A stretch of DNA of 64,000 bases from a bacterium (GTDB lineage Bacteria; Bacteroidota; Ignavibacteria; Kapaibacteriales; UBA2268). The position numbers and the translations under genes are program-made. The stretch spans positions 319 to 64,318 of the forward strand of contig JBAXXL010000023.1 of the NCBI GenBank assembly GCA_037127915.1, written 5' to 3'. Within the stretch, counting starts at the first letter, position 1; each line of letters begins with the position of its first letter. Under the pieces are notes generated by a model that saw only the letters and a list, made by a program, of their open reading frames with translations, did no database searches and was not told where the DNA came from. This document shows, piece after piece, positions 29,664 to 39,400 of the stretch.

Positions 29664-29897
29664 TTATCCAAACATCGGCTGATTAATAAAGCTAATATCT
29701 TTAGTAGGGATATGGTTGAATATCATTTGAGTAAAATCAACTTTTCCCTTGACGTTCAACACTTCAATACCAATAACATTACCTTGGTCATCAACATCTA
29801 CTATATAATCAGGAGATATTTCGAATGAATCCACCCCCGGAATATCTACAAAATTTATATATAACGCATCTGTTTCATTATCATAATTGAATTTCAT
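29664..29897 (-). CDS. DUF2283 family protein
   Basis: Start adjusted to MKFNYDNETDALYINF..., the hallmark DUF2283 N-terminus. The longer ORF call to 30023 overlaps the upstream gene. Confidence 0.6.
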   Translation of the reverse strand: MKFNYDNETDALYINFVDIPGVDSFEISPDYIVDVDDQGNVIGIEVLNVKGKVDFTQMIFNHIPTKDISFINQPMFG

Positions 29898-29907
29898 TTC
29901 AATCCTC

Positions 29908-30135
29908 TTATTTAAAATTTCTATCAAAAAATGCTGTATGAATTGTTTCTTCGTCTTCAAGTAAAATAATTCTAACAAATTTATTATAATCTGACGAAAA
30001 ACCCCAGACTTTAATTTTTCCATCTTCCTGAATTTCTTTTTTGAGCGGATGCAGGATAATCTCTGCTAGAAGTTCAGGGGTCAAATATGGACGCTTCGGA
30101 AATACATCAACAATAAAATGATTTGTGAATTTCAT
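29908..30135 (-). CDS. DUF4258-like protein (partner of DUF2283)
   Basis: 75 aa. Family assignment rests on gene pairing and size plus the C-terminal ...IHTAFFDRNFK. Confidence 0.45.
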   Translation of the reverse strand: MKFTNHFIVDVFPKRPYLTPELLAEIILHPLKKEIQEDGKIKVWGFSSDYNKFVRIILLEDEETIHTAFFDRNFK

Positions 30136-30224
30136 AACTTTTTGTTAGATAAAACTATTTATAATATCAAAATTACTAAATTTGTTTGAATTAATACCAA
30201 TATATTTTCAGCATGGTGCGGGTT

Positions 30225-30410
30225 GCTTCATTTTCTGAATTAGGGTTCAAAGATTAAAAGATGATAGGAGGGTTTATCATTCCCTAGGCAACGTGAAACC
30301 ATCTTCGAATTATTGAAAATGGGAAATGGAAAGTTGAAAATGAGAAGAAAGAGAAGATAAATCCCGTAATTCGTAATTGATTGGTCAAAAAGGCTATCCT
30401 TTTTTTGAGG
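30225..30410. repeat. Family-A repeat copy (W-X-Y, then GTAATTCGTAATTGATTGG and a partial GGCTATCC hairpin)
   Basis: TTTTCTGAATTAGGGTTCAAAGATTAAAAGATGATAGG...GTGAAACCATCTTCGAATTATTGAAAAT...GAAAGTTGAAAATGAGAAGAAAGAGAAGATAAATCCCGTAATTCGTAATTGATTGG. Confidence 0.6.
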
Positions 30411-30412
30411 AT

Positions 30413-30720
30413 TTGCTCTAAGTTTTTTCTGAAAGAGCTAAATCTCAATGACTGCGGGTGAAACCGAAGAAAATCCTAAAACCTTATTTCCTTTATTAAC
30501 CTTAGTAGAAATATGACCGCTTTATCCGCAAACCTTATTACCTTATTGGAAAACGAAAATAAGCTAATTAGGTTTAAGGCAAAAAAAAATCACCTTTCAT
30601 ACTAAGGTTTGAATAGAAAATAATGAGAAAAATATTTTTGTAGAGAAATAACATGCTACGTCTCTATTTGCCGAATTTACAATAAAATCAAAAAGGGCTA
30701 TCCTTTGTGGGGATAGCCTG
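30413..30720. repeat. ~300-bp repeat B2 (AACCTTA cluster 30478-30611, degenerate GTAG hairpin, GGCTATCC terminator hairpin 30691-30719)
   Basis: Direct repeat of 29325-29640. The hairpin reads as a T-tailed terminator on the minus strand for the lipoprotein operon 30746..32067. Confidence 0.65.
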
Positions 30721-30745
30721 AGCTTTAGGTTAATAATGAGTTTTT

Positions 30746-31396
30746 TTATTTCTTCCTGTTTATATATTCTTCATAACCTTTTCGCATTTGCCATTGAAGA
30801 AATGTATCTTTCATCAATTCGTTGGTTGAGTCGGGTTTGTGTTTTAATGGACGAAAACGCCAGATGGAGTCAGTCAAATGGATTATTCTTTTACCATTTT
30901 CAATATAAGAACCAACATGATAAAGCCCGTGATTATCTAATATTTTGAAAATGTTTTTGGTAGCTTTCCCTTTTTGTAATAAATACTTTAGGTTATAAAG
31001 AAATAGGCTATCATTTGAAATTTGATAAGAACCATAAGTAAATTTCTCATACAATGATGCCCCATTATAACAAAAGTTATGTTCTATCTTATAATCTAAT
31101 AAATTTAAGGAATCAGCTTCACATCTTGATTCTTCGTAAATACCATTAGTAAAAAATATATAAACAAAATATCGATTAGGAGAATCTTCATTATCTATCA
31201 TATCCGTCGGGATGTTTTTTTTGTTTAAATAGTAATAACCATTAATAGGAAAATTTGTATGCTCTTGATACATACCCCAACCGGGCAGAGATTTCTTTGG
31301 ATCGTATCTGTAATCGTGAGCCGAATGGCAACCTGAGATTACTATTAGTGGCAAAATCATAACCCAAAAAAGTCGATTTGTTTTTAGTTTTTTCAT
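30746..31396 (-). CDS. Lipoprotein, tandem paralog 1
   Basis: 216 aa. Lipobox VISGCHS. N-terminal ~50 aa and C-terminal ~35 aa nearly identical to 31399..32067. Central region divergent. Confidence 0.55.
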   Translation of the reverse strand: MKKLKTNRLFWVMILPLIVISGCHSAHDYRYDPKKSLPGWGMYQEHTNFPINGYYYLNKKNIPTDMIDNEDSPNRYFVYIFFTNGIYEESRCEADSLNLLDYKIEHNFCYNGASLYEKFTYGSYQISNDSLFLYNLKYLLQKGKATKNIFKILDNHGLYHVGSYIENGKRIIHLTDSIWRFRPLKHKPDSTNELMKDTFLQWQMRKGYEEYINRKK

Positions 31397-31398
31397 TT

Positions 31399-32067
31399 TT
31401 ATTTCTTCCTGTTTATATACTCTTCATAACCTTTACGCATTTGCCCTTGGAGAAATGTATCTTGCATCAGCTCGTTAGTTGAATCCGGTTTGTGTTTTAA
31501 TGGACGAAACCTTAAAAAAACCGAATCTGTAAAAAGCTGAATTGGTACATTGTCCATTCCAAAATAATATCCAACTGGATGAAGTTCTTTATTATTTAGT
31601 ATTTGAAAAATAGATTTTGGCGGTTTGCCATTTTTCGGAATATAAACATCAATTGAATAAAGAAAAAGGCTATCGTTAGATATTTGATAAGAGCCAAAGT
31701 CATGTGTATTATCAAAAATTTTTTCACCTATATTAATGTTGTTTTCAATATTATAATCCAATTGATTTAATGATTCAGCTTTACATAAGAAATCTTTGTA
31801 AATTCCATTGATATAATAAATATTTATATTGTAAATCGGAATACTATCATTAGTTTCTAAATTAGATTTAAATTCATGGGGTATATGTGTAGCATCATTA
31901 TAATAATATCCATTTATAGGAAAATTTGGATGCTCTTGATAGACACCCCAGCCGGGCAGAGATCTCTTTGGATCATATCCGTTATCGTCAATCGAATGAC
32001 ATCCGGGGATTACTATTAATGGCAAAATCATAACCCAAAAAAGTAGATTTGTTTTTAATTTTTTCAT
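31399..32067 (-). CDS. Lipoprotein, tandem paralog 2
   Basis: 222 aa. Lipobox VIPGCHS. Shares termini RFRPLKHKPDSTNELM.DTFLQ.QMRKGYEEYINRKK with paralog 1. Confidence 0.55.
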   Translation of the reverse strand: MKKLKTNLLFWVMILPLIVIPGCHSIDDNGYDPKRSLPGWGVYQEHPNFPINGYYYNDATHIPHEFKSNLETNDSIPIYNINIYYINGIYKDFLCKAESLNQLDYNIENNINIGEKIFDNTHDFGSYQISNDSLFLYSIDVYIPKNGKPPKSIFQILNNKELHPVGYYFGMDNVPIQLFTDSVFLRFRPLKHKPDSTNELMQDTFLQGQMRKGYEEYINRKK

Positions 32068-32237
32068 ATCCTAAGCCTCTCAAAATAAAAATCCAGATAA
32101 TCAATCAATAAAATTTATCGAAATTACGATATTTTGAATAAATGACAAATTATTTATCAAAGAGAATGTAACAAAATCCCAAAATATGTGTTATTTTGTA
32201 TATAGTGTGTTTATAATAATTATACTTTGGTGAATAT

Positions 32238-35200
32238 ATGAAGAATTTATCGATTATTTTATTTTTATTACTCTTATTAACCACTCTTGCACAAGGTTCG
32301 CTTACACGTGCACCGGAAGATTTCATGGGTCGCGTTACTTTACCTACAGGTGTAGAAGTGGAAGTACTTAAGTTCAAATCAGATCAAATTGTTTACGCAG
32401 GTACAAATGGTGCCGGCTTATATGTATCCTACGATGGTGGATCAAATTGGGGTAAACTAACCGCTTTTCCAGAGGAATTTCCCTGCATAAAAGATATTCT
32501 TATCACAAAGAACAAGGATTTATATGTTGCCACTTATGGTGGTGGTGTTTACTATTCGAATGATAATGGTGCTACTTTTATCCCTAAAAATAATGGGATC
32601 AAAAATTTATTGATTCAAGCATTGGCTGTTACACAGAGCGGCAAATTACTTTGCGGTACTTACGGCGGCGGAATTTACTATTCCGATAATGATGGAGATT
32701 ATTGGACGAGAACCGATGCAGGATTGCGTTATGACAACGTAACCTGTATAACCGAAATGAATAATGGTTTTATTTTAGCCGGTACTTGGGGTGGTGGATT
32801 TTACGTATCCCGAGATACTTGTAAAACATGGCTTGTATCTAATACCCAATTAACGAACATATTTATTAATGACTTAGTCAAAGATGAATCAGGTAAAGTG
32901 TTTGCTGCTACAAACGGAACCGGAGTTATGTTTACCGGTGATGGTATTACATGGCACAACTATAGTAATAAATATCATCACTACCAAGTAAACGACATAA
33001 GCCCGTTATTGGATACCGCTGTTGTCTCTGTTGGAGTAAATAAATATCAGTTGCTTATGGGTACCAGATCGGCAGGAATGTATTTTTGGGATGATATATG
33101 GAATTGCTGGCAAAATACCGGAGAATTTGCTCTTGGCATAACAGCTTGCGCTGTGTCACCAAACGGGACTATTTTAGCAACTCGAACTTTAGGTGATGTT
33201 ACTAGAAGTACCGATAATGGTGAACATTGGACTATTTGCGCAACAAAAATTATTGAATATGATTTAGCTGAGTTCACAGGATTTGAAGACCAATTAAATC
33301 TTTTTACTAGTAAATTCGATAATTCATTGGTATTGTTTTCAAAGTCAAATACCATCAGGAAAGTCTATAAATCTGAAAATCACGGTTATGATTGGAGATA
33401 TTTAGGATCATTGACCGTTAGGAAAATCAATGATGTTGAAATCACCCCTGAAGGGAACATATTTGTTACCGCTGATGAAGGTGTATATGGTTCGATAGAT
33501 GGAGGTAAAACTTTTAATTCGATATTAACGGTACCTGATAAAAAGGAAAAATACTGGGAATTTTACGATATCGAATATGATGCTGTTACTAAAACTATTG
33601 CAACTACATTTGTATATTTTGTTCCCGATACTATCACTCAGCCGCCAAATAAGCCTAAGCCATTTTTAGAGTGTATAAATCGGATATACAAATCAACAAA
33701 TAATGGTACTTCATGGACGAATGCTGATTATGATACAACAGGTATTGATTTTTTCCATATTGATAAACAATCTAATTGGTATATGAGAAAAGGTATTAGT
33801 TTTGTTAAATCGGTAGACCATGGATTATCTTTTAATGCGTTATTTCCACATAAAGTCAAAAGATTAATTTATGGAAAAGATGGTAATCAATATACTTTTG
33901 ACGATCAGAATCAATTGTTTTATTCTTCGAAATTCAGTTCAACTTTTAATCAAATTCCATTTAAACCGGAAATATTGGTTCCAAGTAATGATTGGAGTAT
34001 TAAGAATATATCTATTGACTCAAATAGTAGAATATATGTTTCGATATGGATTAGCACTCCCTCGCAAGGAGTTATTTACGAACTATATAAGACAGATGAT
34101 TTTGGAAATAACTGGCAAACATTAAAAGGATGTTATAACATGGATAGAATCCGTGGAATATGTTCTGATTATAGCGGATATACATATATATGGACGAATG
34201 CTTTATATAAAGTACTAAATCCTATATCGTTAGATGCGCCATTTACTATAACACCGAAAGATGGTCAAAAGGGCGAAGAAATTAATCCTGATTTTGCTTG
34301 GGAGCGCGCAAAATTTGCTGAAGAATACGAACTTCAAATTGACCAGACCGATTTATTCTATTCACCATTTGAAACTAATGCTACTGGTGATACAACTCTT
34401 AAGGCGGTCATAGAATTGAAATATAACCAAGAGTACTATTGGCGGATAAGGAGCAAAACGCACTCGGCGCGTAGTGCTTGGACAATTAATTCATTTACAA
34501 CGGGAATGGAACCTCCGTTTTTGATTAGCCCTGAGAAAGACGAACTTGGTGTTCCGCTGAATGCCGGTTTAAAATGGCATAAAAAAGAAGAGGCAACGCA
34601 TTATTCAATTCAAGTGGCTGAAGATGAGAATTTTGATAAAATTGTTTATTCGCAAGATAATCATCCCGATACAACTATTACAACTAATAAATTAATCGGA
34701 TTAAAAACTTATTACTGGCGCGTGAAAGCATTTACTTCAAACAATGCCAGCAGTTGGTCCGAAGTTTGGAACTTCCAAACTGTTTTGGGACCGCCGAAAT
34801 TAGTCTATCCTGAAAATAATTCTCTTGATAAATTGCTTTCGGAGCAGTTCAAATGGCATAAATCCGCTGAAGCTCAGACTTATTTTATTCAAGTCGCAAA
34901 AGATTCAGCATTCACGGATTTATTTTTTGAAGGTTCATCAGGTGTGGATACATTTAAAATTATCGATAATATGCTACCCGAGACTGATTACTTTTGGCAT
35001 GTAGCATCGGTAAATACTGAAGGAATCAGTGAATATTCAGAAATATGGACGTTCAGAACATCATTTAAACCTTTAGAATTGCAGACCCCAGCTAACGAAA
35101 AGGTTAATGTCCCTCTTGATACTAAATTTACTTGGTTGGAACACAACGGCGGTAGTCAATATCAAATTCAAATATCAAAAGTTAACGATTTCAAAACAAC

Positions 35201-36194
35201 TGTGGTTGATGAGAAAGTTAATAATTTGCTCGAATACCAAACAAATAAATTGGAATACTACAAAGAGTATTTCTGGCGTGTAAGATTAATTGTCGGTACT
35301 CGTGTTGGTCTATGGTCAGAGGTTTGGGCGTTTAAAACAGGTATTCAAAGTGCAGGACTACTGAATCCGCCGGACAAATCTATCGACCAGCCGACCACAA
35401 TTAAATTCAAATGGTCTGAGATAATAGGTGCGAAATACTATCAATTGCAGATTTCGAAAAACGATAATTTCACGGATTTGGTTTATTCTATGGATTCGCT
35501 GGATAAAGCAGAACAATATGTTGAAGACCTTGAACCAGAATTACTTTATTATTGGCGGGTACGTGCTTGGAATGATGAATCTTATGGAACATCCCAGTGG
35601 TCACAAGTGTGGACATTCACAACCGGCAAGGTTACGCTGATACTCCGCAATCCGAAAACAGGAGCAACAGGAGTTGTTATTCCAACACTTTTAACTTGGT
35701 TTACAGCAACAACTGCGGAATATTATCATCTGCAAGTTGCAAAAGATGCCAATTTTACGAATGTTATTTTTGATAAAGATTCGATTTATGATACCAAATG
35801 TACGCTGTCGAAAACAGATGTCGAAACAAACACAAATTACTTTTGGCATGTAAAAGGCGTAAGCAAAAAATATACAACTCCTTGGAGCGATACGTGGCAA
35901 TTCTCAACCGGAGAAGTATCGGTTAAAGAAAGCCCACTATTCAGCTCAATAAAACTTTATCCAAATCCAACGGGCAGTAAAGCAGAGCTAAGTATCAACG
36001 ATGCTGAAACCTGCGACGCGAAAATATTAATCAGCACAGTGGATGGGAAAATCATTAAAACGGATGTTATCCGATTATTAATTGGCGAAACACGTTATGA
36101 AATTGACACGGAAAAGTTATCTTCCGGATCATACTATATTACGATTATCACACCGTCGGGGTATGTGACGCGGGAATTGATAGTAGTGAAATAA
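32238..36194 (+). CDS. Giant T9SS cargo protein (BNR/Asp-box region, six Fn3-like YYW repeats, sorting domain); inverted paralog of 15123..19088
   Basis: 1318 aa. The first ~70 aa and a 66-aa internal block (LLMGTRSAGMYFWDDIWNCWQNTGEFALGITACAVSPNGTILATRTLGDVTRSTDNGEHWTICA) are near-identical to the minus-strand paralog. Sorting domain about 88% identical to that of 24647..28396. Confidence 0.7.
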   Translation: MKNLSIILFLLLLLTTLAQGSLTRAPEDFMGRVTLPTGVEVEVLKFKSDQIVYAGTNGAGLYVSYDGGSNWGKLTAFPEEFPCIKDILITKNKDLYVATYGGGVYYSNDNGATFIPKNNGIKNLLIQALAVTQSGKLLCGTYGGGIYYSDNDGDYWTRTDAGLRYDNVTCITEMNNGFILAGTWGGGFYVSRDTCKTWLVSNTQLTNIFINDLVKDESGKVFAATNGTGVMFTGDGITWHNYSNKYHHYQVNDISPLLDTAVVSVGVNKYQLLMGTRSAGMYFWDDIWNCWQNTGEFALGITACAVSPNGTILATRTLGDVTRSTDNGEHWTICATKIIEYDLAEFTGFEDQLNLFTSKFDNSLVLFSKSNTIRKVYKSENHGYDWRYLGSLTVRKINDVEITPEGNIFVTADEGVYGSIDGGKTFNSILTVPDKKEKYWEFYDIEYDAVTKTIATTFVYFVPDTITQPPNKPKPFLECINRIYKSTNNGTSWTNADYDTTGIDFFHIDKQSNWYMRKGISFVKSVDHGLSFNALFPHKVKRLIYGKDGNQYTFDDQNQLFYSSKFSSTFNQIPFKPEILVPSNDWSIKNISIDSNSRIYVSIWISTPSQGVIYELYKTDDFGNNWQTLKGCYNMDRIRGICSDYSGYTYIWTNALYKVLNPISLDAPFTITPKDGQKGEEINPDFAWERAKFAEEYELQIDQTDLFYSPFETNATGDTTLKAVIELKYNQEYYWRIRSKTHSARSAWTINSFTTGMEPPFLISPEKDELGVPLNAGLKWHKKEEATHYSIQVAEDENFDKIVYSQDNHPDTTITTNKLIGLKTYYWRVKAFTSNNASSWSEVWNFQTVLGPPKLVYPENNSLDKLLSEQFKWHKSAEAQTYFIQVAKDSAFTDLFFEGSSGVDTFKIIDNMLPETDYFWHVASVNTEGISEYSEIWTFRTSFKPLELQTPANEKVNVPLDTKFTWLEHNGGSQYQIQISKVNDFKTTVVDEKVNNLLEYQTNKLEYYKEYFWRVRLIVGTRVGLWSEVWAFKTGIQSAGLLNPPDKSIDQPTTIKFKWSEIIGAKYYQLQISKNDNFTDLVYSMDSLDKAEQYVEDLEPELLYYWRVRAWNDESYGTSQWSQVWTFTTGKVTLILRNPKTGATGVVIPTLLTWFTATTAEYYHLQVAKDANFTNVIFDKDSIYDTKCTLSKTDVETNTNYFWHVKGVSKKYTTPWSDTWQFSTGEVSVKESPLFSSIKLYPNPTGSKAELSINDAETCDAKILISTVDGKIIKTDVIRLLIGETRYEIDTEKLSSGSYYITIITPSGYVTRELIVVK

Positions 36195-36218
36195 TGAGTT
36201 TATAAAGAAAGAAGAAAG

Positions 36219-36260
36219 AGCCGGTCAAAGAGCGTAATTGCATTGACCGGCTTTTTTTCT
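36219..36260 (+). terminator. Hairpin terminator (AGCCGGTCAA ... TTGACCGGCT plus T7) after 32238..36194
   Basis: Perfect 10-bp stem with 15-nt loop, then TTTTTTT. Followed by a W-module (CTGAATTAGGATTGAATGATTAGAATATT) homologous to 28462-28500 and 30243-30280. Confidence 0.65.
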
Positions 36261-36418
36261 GAATTAGGATTGAATGATTAGAATATTGGTTGTAGACAAC
36301 AGAATGGGTTGTCACGCTTTTGGTGATTTTTAATATAGCAGTCTGAAACTAAATTAGATTTGTCTAACTCAATTAAAAATTGTAATTTTACTTTTTTAAT
36401 AAATCTACAACTTAACTA

Positions 36419-39400
36419 ATGAAAATTATCTTTATAATATATCTAGTAACTCTATTTAATATAGTAAACTGCCAAGCGCAATTACCATCAGGAACAATAT
36501 TACACTTGAAAGCGGACGCGGGATTAGTTCTCAATGGCGATAAAGTAGTCGAATGGCAGGACCAAACTAATTCAGAAATTAAAGCTTTTCAAACTGATGG
36601 CAGTTTGCAGCCGGTTTATGTTAGTGATGGAATCAATGGCAAACCAACTGTCCGGTTCGATGGCACAAAGTTCCTTGAAGCAAGTGCTGTTTTTCCGGTT
36701 TTTGAAGATTATTCGCTTTTTTTTGTAGTTAGTATTTCGAGTTTCAATTATTATAATATGATGGTTTCCGGAAATGGTCATGGAGTATTTTACAATCCGC
36801 CACGAGCTTTTCATACCAATACATCGGTACAAGCAATTTCCAACAAAACATTATCCTTGAACAAACCTGCCCTTATGAGTGTGATTTATACGGAAAGCAC
36901 ACAAACAGTAAAGTTATATATGGATGGAGTTTTGGTAGCTGAAGCTCAAGTGGGTTCGAACTACGATCCTATAATATTTTTAGGAGCATATTATCAAAAT
37001 TATTTCTTATGCGGTGATATTCCCGAAGTTATACTTTACGAACGGGCTATGGACAATGCTGAACAAAAATCTGCTGAGTCATACCTATTTGATAAATATC
37101 TAATCGAACGTCCGGAGGACGGTTTACCAGATAAAACGTTTACCGCTATTCCTGCAAATTATCAATTATTTCCTCGTGATAAAGATAATTATACCAATGT
37201 AAAAATTGCCGGAAATTTTAAACAAACAAAATTCAATAAAATATCGGTTAAAGTTTATAAAAATAATAAAATCACAGAAACTATATCGCAGAACTTAGAT
37301 TTTGTAAATGGTTCTGCGGCTTTTAATTTTGATTGTAAGATCCATGCTGAATTAAGTAATTATAAATTTTTAATTTCCGCAGTGAACTCATCTCGTGATT
37401 CCATAATGAAAGTTAGACACAATATAGTTGCCGGAGATGTGATATTATTGGACGGACAGTCAAATACTCAAGCCAACAACAATTATTATGATATAAACGA
37501 TTTTATTAGAACATTTGGTGGAAATTTTTCAAATTCTGCGGCAGATACACTTTGGGCATTGGGAGATGATTGGTCCACCGGTTTGTTAACCAACATAGGT
37601 GCTTGGGGAATGACATTAGCTCAACGGATTTTGGAAAACCAGAAAGTTCCGGTTTGTGTTATTAACGGTGCAGTTGGCGGAACAATTATCGAATCACATT
37701 TACCCGTCCCCGGTGATAGATATAATTTATCTTCTATCTATGGCAGTATGCTTTATAGAGTAGAAAAAGCCAAACTAAAGAATGCCGCAAGAGCATTATT
37801 TTGGTATCAAGGTGAATCGAACGGAGTTTGGGATTACGAAAACAATTTTATAACGCTTACTAATGAATGGCTAAAAGATTATCCGAATATTCAAAAAATT
37901 TATACTGTCCAAATACATACCGGCTGTGGTGGAGGATATACCCATAGCCAATTGCGCGAGGTTGAACGCCGGATGCCGGAAATAATTAAAAATGTAAAAG
38001 TTGAAACAATTGCGGCTTCGGGATTGCCCGGACACGATGGTTGTCATTATGAATTAATAGGATATCAGACTTTGGGAGAACAGTTGTACCGGCAGTATAA
38101 TAGAGATTTCTTTGGTTCGAAAGATACCGTGGCTATAAGTTCTCCAAACATTAGCGAAGCATTTTTTACAAGCCCGAGTAAAGAGCAAATTGCTTTGGTT
38201 TTCAAACCAAAGCTTACCAAAATGCGTGCTCAAGCCGATACAGTTGTCAGCGGAATTGAAGCCTCATTAAAAGATTATATATATCTGAGCGATGGAGCGA
38301 AAATCATGTCTATAAATTGCGTAAATGATACCGTATTTTTAAATTTGGATAGAGGCTCAAAATCTCAGACAATAACTTATGTTCCTGAATTATATTACCA
38401 TGATTCTTACATAATTTATGAGGGACCATGGTTTTTCAACCAACGAAATATGGGAGCCTTGACATTTGATCAATTCCCAATTGTAGAAAAGAAAGCAATT
38501 ATTATAGATAATTTTACAAAAGAACTGATAGCATGCGCAAACACAGAGAATAACTTCATTATTTGCGCGGCTTCGGAAAGCGGTGGAGCAGTTGCTCAAT
38601 ACCAATGGTATAAAGATGGCGTTGAGCTTTCGGGCGAAACAAATCCTAAACTTGATTTTCCTAATTTTGATTATCCAATTAGCGGCATATACCAATGTAA
38701 GGTTTCAGCCAAAGGAGATTCTAAAGCACTATTGTCGGGAGATATTCCTGTTTATGCTTTAAGTTTACCTGAAATTACAGACCAACCGAAAGAGATCATA
38801 AATGCTCAAATCGGCGGGATATATTCGTTTGAAGTTAAAGCTCATTACCGCGGAAAAGTTCCTCCTTATTACAAGCAATTCTTCCAATGGTATAAATATA
38901 CAGCCGCAACAAATGAGTTTACACCTTTGCCGAATGGTGGTAAATTCGCAGGAGCTACTTCATCAATATTAATTGTAACAGGATTAAGCGATGAAGACTT
39001 TTGCCGAAACGGTGATTATTATTTTGTCGAGATAGTTTCACAATGCGGTTCCGTTCGTTCCAATCCATTTATAATTTCACAAAAACCTGAGATTGTATTC
39101 CGCGATAACCCTAAGGATTTTAATGTTTGTGCAAATACGGATGTCGTTTTTGAAGCTTTTGCTATAGCACCGGTTGGTTATGCGATTGATTATTCTTGGC
39201 AAAAAGACGGCGTTGATTTAATAAACAATGCACAGTACAATGGAGTGAATACTACAAAACTTCAGATATTTAATGTGGATATTACCCAAATGGGTTCCTA
39301 TAAATGTATTGCAAAAATAGTTTCTGAAAATATTTCTGTGGAAAGTACCGCCGGTACCCTGACATTCAAATCAGAACCTATTGCCGCCGCTCTCAGCGAT

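Noticed and set aside
29664-30023. Long 119-aa version of the DUF2283 ORF overlapping the upstream DUF4258 gene by 116 nt
   Set aside because: The conserved DUF2283 N-terminus begins at the internal Met (MKFNYD...). Trimming removes the overlap and leaves a 10-nt gap typical of TA-like pairs.
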